Below the pieces are notes generated by a model, which was not told where the DNA came from, did no database searches, and was given only the letters and a program-made list of their open reading frames with translations. A stretch of 64,000 nucleotides of DNA. Origin: Hamiltosporidium tvaerminnensis FI-OER-3-3. Its lineage: Eukaryota; Fungi; Microsporidia. Of the stretch, positions 51,131 to 63,224 are shown piece by piece (the first letter of the stretch is position 1; each line of letters starts with the position of its first letter). The stretch covers positions 612,573 through 676,572 of the forward strand of contig CM061256.1 of NCBI GenBank assembly GCA_022605425.2. Reading direction: 5' to 3'. Both the position numbers and the translations under genes were made by a program.

Positions 51131-52378
51131 GGGTTAGGAAAAGGAAATTTTATTTAAATATTTTTAAGTTCTGAAAAATTTCAGAATTTACATACAGTTA
51201 ACACCCCCCTCCTGGTATGATACATGACACCCGTTACTACAGTTTCATCTAACCCTTATACTTCCACGAAGCCTCATATGGAATTCCTTGAGGTTCCAGA
51301 TTGTCTTGTTTCATGGGTATCTTCTCAACCTGATCTGCTTTATAATATTAACTGGTAAAAGTTTTTTAAATATGGCAGTAACGTCCCTTGCGGGCTCCCT
51401 GCCTTAACCTACCTGCTAAATAGTATCTTGTGGATTAATAAGGTCAATATTAACCCCGCTAAGTTGTGTGATCTTTATTATGCTGAATAAATTTTATTAA
51501 AATTTGAATTATATTTTCTCTTTTATAGTCTGGAGTAAGAATATCTAAAAAAGCTTTAAATCTTGTTGTTGGAATCCTTTTGAAATCTTGCTGCCTTAGA
51601 TTCTCGAAAGAGTTAAAGATTTGGAAGTTAAGACGCAAATTTTCTCTTTGCCACCTATTATATTTTGCTTTAAATTCATTTCCCTGAATCTTATTCTTGA
51701 TATACTTGCAATTTTTCTTTATATCTTTAATATTTTTGGATTTATTCGGTTTGAATATCCATCTTAACAGTGTTTTTCTTGTGTGTATGATCTTATAAGC
51801 AACATTGCTCCTGAGTCTATCTGCTCTTTGCTTTGTATTTTCCAAGGGAAATAATGCGTATAAGATCTTCGTTGGCGTTTTGAATAAATTTTATATAGAT
51901 ATTTTATTATGCCTTTTTGTATCCTATCAGTGCCTTCAACAAACGGTTCATTACAACCGAACAGCTGGGCATAATAATCTATATGGGGGCGTAATAATTT
52001 AGTATACATTCTTAATTTTGATTGATAATATTGCAGGTTATTATTACTATATTGTGTCTTTCTTAATAACTTATTTGTAATCACTGCCGCTCTAACGGCT
52101 TTTTGCCTTATGAATTTAAGGCTTTTCATGGTACCTGCACATTTATTGTTAAAATAATATCCTAAATATTCCAGAGGGACTTGTTTTTCCAACCTGGTAC
52201 GATCTACATAGAAATCGTGATCTGTTGAAGCATTGTAAAAACATTTCCTTGGGTTTAATTTATATCTGTTGGCTTCCGCGTGCGATTGACATTGATCTAT
52301 CATGTATTGCATTGTGCTATGCCGTAAGCTAAATAATGAAATGTCGTCTGCGTAAATAATTATGTATGGTACCAGGTG

Positions 52379-54205
52379 CTATGGCATTCTTATCACGATA
52401 TCATCAATAAACACATTAAATAAAATTGAAGATAAAATGCTTCCTTGGGGTAATCCAAGAGCAGCAGTTTTCCAATTATTATTTTCTATTAATGTGTTGA
52501 TCTTGTACTCGTTATTCTCGATCAGTGCAGCTATTAGAATTGTATCTTCTCTTGAAAACTTCTTCTTTATCATTAGTTTCTCGTACAACCTCTTACGATA
52601 TACACTGTCATAGGCTTTGGAGATATCTAAAGTTACACAGATTCCTTCTACATCGCCATGTCTTAATCTGGTGTCAAGTGTTAAGGCGTGGTTAAGGGTC
52701 GAATGCTTCAGTCTAAAACCAGCTTGTTGTCTTTTCAGCTTTACCTCAAATTTGCTAAAAATTAGTTTTTCGAATAGTTTACGTGTTTTCTCTATCAATG
52801 AAATAGGTCTAAACTCGCTATCATCTTTGTGTATTGGTTGTATCATGTGTTTCTTCCAAATCAAAGGAATCTCTTTATCCGTAATAATCTTGTTAAACAT
52901 GTATGTAAGCTCCACTATAAAGTTGCGCAGACAAATCTTAAGGAATTCATTCTTAATACCGCTAATCCCACCCGCTTTGCCACCTTTTAATATCTTTATA
53001 CATTTCTCTACCTCTTCAACACTTAGCTGGTTTATCTTATTTTTTCTCTGTATGGTGTGTTTGCTAAATAAACTATTGTGGATGTTTTTTATCCACTTAA
53101 TTGTTTCCTCTAAGCTTGTTATCTTCCGATCTAAAACAAAGTTATTAAGTAATTCTTTATTATAATTCTGTCTACTGTTTGGGATTGCGTTACCATGAAA
53201 ATTCATAATGGCTTCTAATTGTGATGCTTCCAAACCAATGTGTTCTACTTTGAGGTCACGAGTATCAGTATCCGGTAGGTTTTTGGTTAATCTCTTTACT
53301 TCTTTACATAACCTTTCAAACAAGATTGGATTATTGTGCCTTGCTCTTTCAAGTGCTCTCCTAATGTGCTGAATGACTGGATTGAAGTTCGTACGACTTT
53401 GTTTGCGTATTATGAGTCTATATACACCAGAAAGTATGATATTATGTAAAGCTGTGCAACAGTCATTGATGTTTAGAGTTCTTATAATATTCGAATTCTT
53501 CTTAATTAAAATCTCTATTTTATTTGTAATATTTGCTACTACTTTTGGTCTAGTCAAGAGTCTTATATTATACTTAGTTTTCTTTTTTTGTATTTCTATC
53601 GGTTTTAATATTAAGAGTTTGTGATTTAATCCCACAATTGGAGAAATCTTAATATCTACTATCGTGTTTGTAAAAATCTTATCAGGTTTTGATTCTTTAT
53701 TATTGTGTTTGTATGTATTTGTTAGAATGTCGATCTCTGACAATCCATACATTGCGTGGTTATCTAAAATTTGTTGTTCAAGTGTCTTGTGTTGTTCTGA
53801 GTTATATTCTCCTAAAATGTATAGTCTTTTGTACAGGTATTGGTTTAATGTAGGTTTTACGATGTTAAATTCTGTACTTTTTGGGGGTCTATATATAAAA
53901 ATAAAAATTTGGTCATTCACTTTTATTGAAATACCTTCATCTGTTATATTGTCAATTGCCTCACTAACAATCGTATCCCTACCCAATACTATTATACCTT
54001 CTTTGTTTGAGTATCGGTCTCTTACTTGGACAGATTTCTTACTGTTTAACACTTTATATCCTCTTAAGAGTGGCGTTATATTATCTCTCCATGTTTCAGC
54101 CACTCCGAGGATGTCCAACATATGTCCTTGAATTAAATTATTTATCTTAAAAATTCTATTATCAGATAATCCCCCAACATTGATATACCCTACTTTAAAA
54201 ATCAT
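52379..54205 (-). pseudogene. APE endonuclease plus RT N-half of element D ORF2
   Basis: 608-aa ORF, frameshifted just before YADD. Continues in 51764-52312 and 51459-51845. Confidence 0.9.
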
Positions 54206-54274
54206 AGAGTTTATTGTTCAAGCTCGAAGTGTAATCTATCTAAATATTATTGTCCTTGATATTGAGAATTTTTA

Positions 54275-55764
54275 TCATCTCGTGAGTTTGATGCCTTTAC
54301 TCTTGAGTATACGAACTGCTAGACTTCTTAGTTTGTCGTTCTTGTTGCCCTGTCTGTCTTTAATCTTCTTCATTCGTGTAAATAACTTGCTTATTTTAAA
54401 AAGACCATTACTATCTACTTCAGGCGAGTTAATCAAGTGTTTGGCTCCAAGCATTCTAAAAATTCTAATCACCTCCTTTTGCACAGACCCTTTGCATATC
54501 ACTTCTAACACAGTATTAGAGAGAAACTCCATGTTTACAACCAACTTACTAGCACCCGGTTGAATGTTCTCCAAAGCGAGCCGAAATAGTGATATTTTAT
54601 TAGAAGTTAAATTACAAAGTAAAGTAAAACGTGTCTAGCATATGTAAAAGGTGATTTACCTTGTGTTAAATGCGCAAGATGCTCAGCAGTTAGTTTAATT
54701 GGGCTGGACTTCTGCTTCATATATTCTTTCTTCTTTAGAATATTGTTTCTTACTGAGATGGCTACCTCAGATTTGTCACTTATAGTCTCCTTGATATCTG
54801 CTTGGTAATTTATTTTCTTTACTTGATCTTCTCCTATTTCACTATTTGTTGTTTCCAAACTTCGTTTCCTATAGGGTTTCTCAATTTTTTGAATGTGAGT
54901 CAAGCTTCAAGGTTTATCTTCAAGCCTTAATGAGATACTTTTCTGTTGCTTTGCCACGTCCGTACCACCTCTGAGCGTGTTCTGTTTCGGGACTGTACGT
55001 ATAAGAACTCTGACTCTGGGTCTTGATAGTATCTTACGTGTGGTTTTATTGCCGTTGCTAGTGAGCGTATTGTTGATGTGTGTAATCTGTGTTGTTTCAT
55101 AGAGTGTTGTGGTATCAGAATTCGTGTTCTTGTTATCAGTAGCATCAGTCATCTCATTTACCACGTTTGCATTATTATCTTTTGTTGAAGATGTATCTTC
55201 TGTTTCTATCCTATCGAAATCCTTACCTTTTTTCAAATGTGCGTTTTCAATAGCAGAGGGTAAAACATTTTTCCCTTCTCTTGATTTTTGAAAAATATTA
55301 TCTTGGGTGTTATTTGTATGACCAGAAAGAAAAGAAGAGGTATCAGCTTTAGGATTGATGATGGTATTTCTTTTTTGACATGTTGTTAAGTTTGTGCTGT
55401 GTAACGAGACTGTCTGTTCATGCGGCGTATCACCAAGGTCTCTACCCCGTACCCTTGGTTTAACAGCTTGAACGATCCGCGATACTTCCGTTGTGTTCAA
55501 TTCATTATTTCGTTTAGTTTGTTTCTTACTAGTACAACGAGTCTTGTTTGTAAATTCCGCACATAGATCTGAAGTTCTTGTAGATGTCTTATCTAGGTGC
55601 AAATTAGAGTTTCTAGCCATGTTCCAAAAGCCATTGCAAAGTAGTTGAACAGTTTCGTTTTCTGTATTTGTTCTGTCTCTTAGTGTATTTCTCTGTGCAA
55701 CTTTATTATGAGTTGGATCTTTTGTATTTTTATCAGAATGAGCTAAGGAATATTTTGTAGCCAT
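54275..55764 (-). pseudogene. ORF1 of element D (disordered Thr/Asn-rich N-terminus, folded alpha/beta C-terminal domain)
   Basis: ORFs 54907-55764 and 54607-54903 share a frame separated by one stop, then a frameshift to 54275-54574 (VLLYF...RLALE...VNMEFLSNTVLEVI). Confidence 0.7.
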
Positions 55765-55772
55765 GAGTTAAG

Positions 55773-55850
55773 ACAAGAAAATTTTATTTAAACATTTTAA
55801 AAATTCTGGAAATTTCTATACTACCTCAATTAAACCCCATCAAACAATTA
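55773..55850 (-). mobile_element. Element E: 3'-terminal relic of a D-like element; right boundary undetermined
   Basis: acaagaaaattttatttaaacattttaaaaattctggaaatttc matches D's terminus aaaaggaaattttatttaaatatttttaagttctgaaaaatttc. Confidence 0.65.
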
Positions 55851-58800
55851 GAAAACTTTAGAATATTAACCAGATCTTTTTGCACTATTGTTAATAACAC
55901 ACGCCTATAACACTGTATAGAGCTTAACATCTTTTGAATAACAACAACAGAATTAATACCCTTAACTACAAGTAGCACGATAACACAGATAGTGCTTGTC
56001 TTGTATATGACACACTCCTTTACTGTATCACTACAGTTAGCAGGACGAACTATTTGATCCGTATGGAAATTAGCGCACTATTTGCATAAGCCTTATTAGA
56101 TTATACAGAAGGGTTTTTAAAGATAGCTTATGAACAGAATTTCAAACTTAATATTTTTCAGTAAGAACTGTGGGATAAGTAAAATAAAGTTCAAATTGTT
56201 CATAAACATTTATACAATTTGCTTTACTGACTGACATAACGTGTTTAGCTTCAATGTTTTAATTCCTTTCGTGTATCGCTCAAATGAAAAGTTTTCATCT
56301 TAAATTACAATTTTTTTTTTCGCAATCAGGCTCATTAAATAAGATTGACATTAACACAGATTATGGCTGAATGGATTATATATTAGACTTTTAAAATTGA
56401 ATATAATCCCTTGTTTGAGCGAATCCGTATTTTTCACGAGATTAAACAATTTATTTATACTACTCTATGAATATTATCTAGAATTTTGCAAATAATCCTA
56501 TATTAGAATTTTCCGAAATCATATCACCTAACAACCTAAAGTTTGAAATAAATATTCAGCGAATATCATAAAAATAGATATATAGGTGGTATTTGATATA
56601 AGGCTTAAATGAAAATATAGGAAAACAGAGTTATAAAAGAGTATACAAAATACTACCCAATGACAGAAGAGCTTTAAGACATAGAAATATGAAATGTTTT
56701 TATAGAGGAGATGTTCGAGATTAAGAACGTACGCTAATTTATAGTTTTTAATATAATAAATATAAATTGGTAAAATCAAAGAAAAAAATAGCCCCTGTCA
56801 TCCTGATAATATAAATAAATATCTTACCCTTTTGAAATCATTGTATCTGGCATATGCTCTAATATAATAGACCACACAGATCTATTTTTAGCTTATAAAC
56901 AAACCTTCTCTATAAAAATACTTGGGAAAACTAAAACTACTCTAATCATTTCTTAATAAACTGACCAAATTTTTCTATATGTCTGTATAAATTTAGGTTG
57001 TATATGAAAATGTATATTATATACATTCCAAAAACAGGTGTAAGTACTGATTTTTAGTAGAAAGTATTTCTAAATCCCCTGTTGAAGATACCTATTTTAA
57101 TTCACAGTTAAACAGTATATACTTGCTTTGATCTGGAAAATACATCTATTCTAATTACAAAAAAAACCCTTGTATGATATTGAGTATAGTAAATAGAAAT
57201 ACGTTAACCAAGTACATACGAAGAACTTCTAATATTCACTGTGTTGAATAGAAAGCATACTTAATTTTATTATATAATTAGAAACGATACCGAAAAGTAT
57301 TAACGATATTTCTTTCAACCCTATCAATTCTAAAATTACTACGTTCTTAAAAAATACATAAGCCTAATTTTATAAAAAAGTGTTTTTGAATTACTAGTAG
57401 GCTCGATCGTCTGAAAAAAAAGTATGAAAAGTGTACAAACCACATAAAATCTTTTTAGATCAGTCTGGCGTTTTCTTTAAGATTAAAATCTATATAAAGT
57501 TAATAGTATTTTCTTAAATTAGAAAATACATACAAATTAAGTCAATTAAAAAATACTTTGTTTCTTTTTCGTTTTTTTAAAAAAAATATTAATCGCTAAA
57601 ACAATTTCTTTAAATTTTTTTCTACAATATTCTAACGATTAGAATTATCGATGTTTTTTTGCTATCTGTCTACACAAAATGCATAATATATTTTTAACCT
57701 CTGAACCTACATATTTATCAAATATAAGTGGCAAAGAAGGGAGAAATTTTACTTACTCAATCTAATGTTTTAAACAAGCTATTCTTAAATAAAAGTTTCA
57801 AACCTAGATCCAAGACAGGTTAAACTTATAATTTACTAGGTTTTCTTAGCATTTTCTTTTTCAAGTAAACTATAGGAGCATATAAAATAATCACCTTTTA
57901 ATATATTTCAAAAAAAAATTAGCCAATGATAAAACGAATTCTCTCAAAACACTTATATCTTTAAAGAAATCATAGAACTGACTGTTTTGATATATTCTCT
58001 AACTGAATAATAGACATAAAAAGTAATATTATATAAAACGAAAAATTTACTTCCTAATTGTGATTAAATAGCTAAAAACATGCACCTCCGAAGTTTAGAA
58101 TTAATCAACCATAATTTTAAGATAAACCCCCTAATCATAAACGTACTTTCAAATTTTTTATTTTTGTAAATTACTAAAAAATAAAAAAAAAATAACCTGA
58201 TGCATATTTCCTAAAAAACTATTAACATGAGTGTTGCTCAAAATTCGGTATTTTCATAACGAAAAAAAACAATTTGTCTTCATTTTAAATGTACTTTTTT
58301 ACGACTAAAAACTCTTCTGAAAATTTTCAATTTCTTAATTTGAATATAATTTGCGAAGGTAACACATAAATTCAGAATGAAATATGCTAAGGTGCTATAT
58401 CACTTTAGTAATTTGTTTGAAAAGTTAAATTTGTACGTTTAATAGATTCTTTCAAACAAATTTGAACTTAATATTTTCGGCTTGGCAATATTTTTTTTAA
58501 TTTAGAAAGTAATTATTATTCAAAGAAAGTCGTATATTTATCAAAAATCTTAATTTTCTCACAAAAAAAGCTAGAATTTTGCACATAGTAGGTAGAAGTA
58601 GAAAGAATAAGACAATTTATAGATATTATAAAGCCCTGGTATATATATTTATCATAAACGGATACATAAAAATAGTAGACAATTTTAAACATTGTAATAA
58701 AATTATAGAGGTAAAAATTTTAATAAATATAAATATACAATTACATTTAAATTTATACAGTACTAAACCAAACCACAGGAAGGTAAAAAATATATAACTG

Positions 58801-61199
58801 ACTAAAAAATTTGCAATGAATTGTAAAAAGTTATAGAATACTAAAACGGAACAAAATATTTTGAATTTGTCCAAAGAATTCCAGGGAATCTAACCCTAAC
58901 TTTATACGGTTTTTGAAAACGCAATTTTTCAAAAAAAGTATGTAGAAAAATTCACTTTTTAGTAAAATGTAGACAAAAATAAAACAATATAAACAATCGG
59001 AACTTTCATAGTTACAAATTTTCAAAAAAGTCATTATCAAATTTAAATTGTTTTTAATATTTAAATATTTTCAGATAGAATAAAGGTATTTTTATTCTCA
59101 AATATGTAATTGATCCAAACCCCTTCAGGGGTGGGTGATCACTCTAAGAGATAATCCGAATAAAATCAAATTTCAAGACCAGAACTAAAAACTGAAAGAA
59201 AAAGAAAAGTGATGCCCGTTTTTATTCTGACTAATACACCAATAAACTTTTTACTATTCGTTTTTTTACCCCAACCTACTTACTTCCCTCTATCACTATT
59301 TCTGAAAAATGTACCTTGAAAATGTATCTCTCATACCATAATACTATTCCAATTCATCACATTCTTTTCCCTGTATTATTTCAGACCAACTATTTTATAA
59401 ACATTACCTAGACTTCAGAATCTCTTTATCATGATTCATCTTTAAAGAAGGATTACCAAACATACTAAAAATAATTAACTAAACCAATTAAGTTAGAGTT
59501 TAAATTATTTTTTTGGTTTTGGCTAGCATGGAATGGCAAGTTTAATTAATTCCGTGACAATCCAATTCAAATTTACATATTAAATTTTTCTTCGTAACAA
59601 TTTTCTTTATTTTTTTCTTATTTTATATATTACTTTTCTTCCCAATTTAGAAGAGATTCTTATAAAACATTTTTTTGTTTATTTTATCTACTATATGTCA
59701 ATTCACGTTTTTAGAACATTTTTGGGGCTTACATTCCCTAACTTCACAAAAGGTAAATTATTACAAAAAGAAATTTAAATATATTATTAGATTAATATGA
59801 TTCTAAGAAGCCTTTTCAAATCTAAATTTGTGTATTTTCATAGTTATAGAATCTAAGAAAAAATATATTTTTGAAGAAGTAAATTTACTAGCAATATAAA
59901 TTTTGATATATAAAAACTTTAAGTGGAAAAATATTGGTTAGCAAAGATTAAAATACGGTTATTACTTGGATAAAAATTACAGGAAACTACTTTTTATAAA
60001 AAAACAAACATGGTTTCATACCGGTGGATAAGGAAAAATAGAAACTTAACTTTTGGATAAGAGAATCATTTTTTTTAAATAATTTCTATTTTTTTACCCC
60101 AATTTATTTTTCAATAAGAATAAAAAAGTTTGGGAGAAGAAAATAATGCAAGAAAAAAAAGATTGTAGTTAAAAACAAAAAAAATTATTGGAGAAAAAAA
60201 GTTAAGAATAAATCGTGAGAGTAAAATTAGAGTAGAGATGAGCATTGGGTTTTACATCTATTAAGAAAGTTTTAGTTAGGGAAAGAAAAATTGTAGCTAC
60301 GGAAAAAAGATTTTAGCTAGGGAACAGGTATACGAAGGAAGAAAATTAGGTATGTGAAAAGAGAATTAGTTGGTAATAGGGTTTAGGGAAAGTGAAATCA
60401 GGCCGGGGGAAAGGATTTCTAAGGAAAAAGTATTGTTTTTTAAAATTTAAAAAATACTAAGGAAAGTTAAAATTGGTAGAATAAGAATCTGTTAATTAGA
60501 AAAAAATTGTCAGAATGATAATATTTAGTTGAAATTAATAGAGTCGGGCATGTTATTAAAATTTGTTTTAAAGATACAAGTTTTAAAAAAAGAAAATAAT
60601 TTGAACAGAATAAATAAAAATTACTTTTGTAAAGAAGAATTGTCCTGAAGGGAAACAAGTTTATGGAAAAAAGAAAGTTAGGGCAAAAGAAATTAATTGC
60701 GGAAAAAATAAATTTAAAGATAAAATGATTTGGCCAGAAAAATGATGAAGTTATTTAAAATATATTTAAATATAAAGAAATTAGGGGGTGAGATTCTGTT
60801 ATGTAAAAAGAAATCAGGGTAAAAACAATTGGGATAGGGAAATAATAATAGGGTCGAAGAAAAACGTTTGGTTTTGGGGGATTAAAAAAAGGGAGGGAAA
60901 GCTTGTTAGGAGTGGTATGAAATTAATTAGTTGAGTGAAAAAAGTTTTTGCTATTTTTTAAAAAGAGTTTGGTTTTTAGAAGTATTTGATTCTGCATATG
61001 CTCAATAAAATATTGTTGAGCAACAGTTTAAAAATTCTGATTGCGGTTAATTGAAAAAGGTATGTCTAATTACAAATAAATTTCTTCTTTCATTAATATT
61101 CAGCTGCTTTTAATTTTTTTTTAATTTTTGTTTGAGGAATTCTTTTTTAAAACATAAATATATTTGGTTCCAAGGTATTAAGAGTAGTTTTCACTGGCA

Positions 61200-62900
61200 A
61201 TAGTTATGGAATCTGCTAAATTCAAATTATTACATGTAAAAAATCATTTGCTATTAGGACAAAGTTTTTTTTAAATTTCAGATGAATAAATTCAATACTT
61301 ACTTTTTATAGTTGAAAATTTATTTTAATTAAAAATATTAAAAGCAATACATTTACAAGCGTTTTATTTTTATATTCAAAAGAAATGTCGCTATTTCATG
61401 CATAAGGGTTTTCAATGTTAAATCAATGTATGAATTTTTACTTACTTTTATAAAAGCAAAAAAATCATGAAAAACTTTTAAAAAAAGCGATTTCAATGGG
61501 CATTAAGGTATATCTTTATTCTATTTCTATTTATTGTAGATTCGTACTAAATGAAAAACTAAAATTTTCTAAAATCGACCAAAAAATAAAGACTTTTAAT
61601 TTACTTGGAGAAAAATGAAAGGCTTAATGCAAATCACTCAAATGCAAGTTAAAATTAAAAATAAAAAAGTTAATATATTTGGAAAATGTAATAGCACTTA
61701 ATACCATTCCAATTAAAATATTTTGCTTTCACTAACCTAAGTCAGGGAAATACTTGGGAAATATAGTAGAGAAAATATTATTTACCTAACCTGTAGCAGT
61801 GAAATACTTGAGAAAGTAAGTTTTTTAAAACATTAAAGAAATATGAGGTTTGATTAACATTACAATGTCCTTACTTAAGTTCTGTAACATAGCTAGCAAC
61901 AAAGTATGTAAAACCTTTAGAAAAATAAAACGAACACATTTATTTAAATAGAAATGTAAATACACAAGAACCTACACATATGCAAAATATTATAAAAGAC
62001 ATATTATTTTTGATTGTGACCGAATTAAAGCACTTAAAAGCATACAATCAAAATTGTAAGATATTGTAAATAATAAATTAAGGTTGTTCGTAAGATGATT
62101 TAAAATTTTTTTGAACAGTATTTTGATATAATTTTATTATATAGGGTATATTTCTTCAAACAACTTTTCTATCTAAATAGGCAGTGTTATCCTAGTATTT
62201 GGCTCATTACCTTAAAGTTCCTGTAAATACAATTGATGTTGCAGTTAAGATTATCTAAACGCATTACAAGATTGTTAAAATCACTAATTTCAAATTTTTC
62301 GATTTTTCAACAAGAACGAATGTGATTTGAGATAGCTATACAATTAATCATGTTTAGACCCATGGGGATAAACATTAATAAATCTTTCTATAATCCACCA
62401 ATTAGGATATATACAGATGCAGCAAATATAGCTGCAAATATTACAGAGAATTCATATCCGTGAACGGTGGCATTTGTTATATTTGGCTTCCACTTCATTG
62501 CAGTCATAGCTCTTGTAGTTTTAAAGATGAAGAGCTTTTCCTATAGAGCATCAGATGTTTCAAACATATTCTTGAACCTAATCGTAGAAGATGCTACAAA
62601 ATGAAAAACCCTTGCCTTTTATACTTGTGAATTTTTTTACAATCAATGTCACTTGAATCAAATTTCATTTAATTCGTTCAGTATCTTGATAGATATTTTT
62701 CCAAAGCAATCAATCCAGTTACAATATGAATTAGCTCAAGCCACAATTGTTAATTATAAAATCCACTGTTTACCCTTCTATTCCATTTTAAAGTATAACA
62801 ATACACATTTAAATTATGTTCTTGGCTTCTTTTAAATCATACTAAAATATTCTATAAGTATATCCCTACATATATAATTTTCTTCATATTCTATTTCATA
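61200..62900 (-). pseudogene. Possible decayed polytopic membrane transporter gene (ABCG/ABC-2-like TM region)
   Basis: Minus-strand fragments such as EFSVIFAAIFAASVYILIGG and YFVASYVTEL (ABCG 'YFLAK..EL'-like), broken by stops. Confidence 0.3.
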
Positions 62901-63224
62901 TCTGAATTTATTACTTGCATAAATTTAAATAAAAAAAAATTATAAAAATAGCTGTAAAATAAATTAATTTCAAACCATGTATTATCTAAAAAATCTATTG
63001 TTTAATACGTATAGAGATATATTTAAAATAATTGCTACATGAGTTCTGCTAAATTATTATTAATAATATAAAAAAACATAAAAATCTTTATTTGTTAAGC
63101 TGCATATCATTTGACCAAAGTTTTATTTTTAACAAATTCACTTAAACCAGAAAAGCTTTGTATAAGCGAATATGTATCCACGTAAATTTTTTATTCTTTA
63201 TTGTAAATTGTGTACATGAGAAAA

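Larger units (their letters stand above)
51139..55764 (-). mobile_element. Element D: full-length diverged lineage (ORF1 ~55764-54275; APE-RT ORF2 ~54205-51459), few lesions
   Basis: YINVGG, DILGVAETW, IYRPP, FRPISL, QAGFR, LDISKAYDSV, GLPQG, IIYADD (52343-52360), LEYLG, LRPHIDY. No C-terminal zinc finger or RNase H. 3' end abuts AGGGTTAGG. ATG abuts the degenerate repeat GAGTTAAG. Confidence 0.93.

Noticed and set aside
51374-51403. 3'UTR motif as hammerhead ribozyme or group II intron domain V
   Set aside because: Lacks the CUGANGA/GAAA core, and the AGC-to-bulge spacing does not match domain V. Kept only as an unknown motif.
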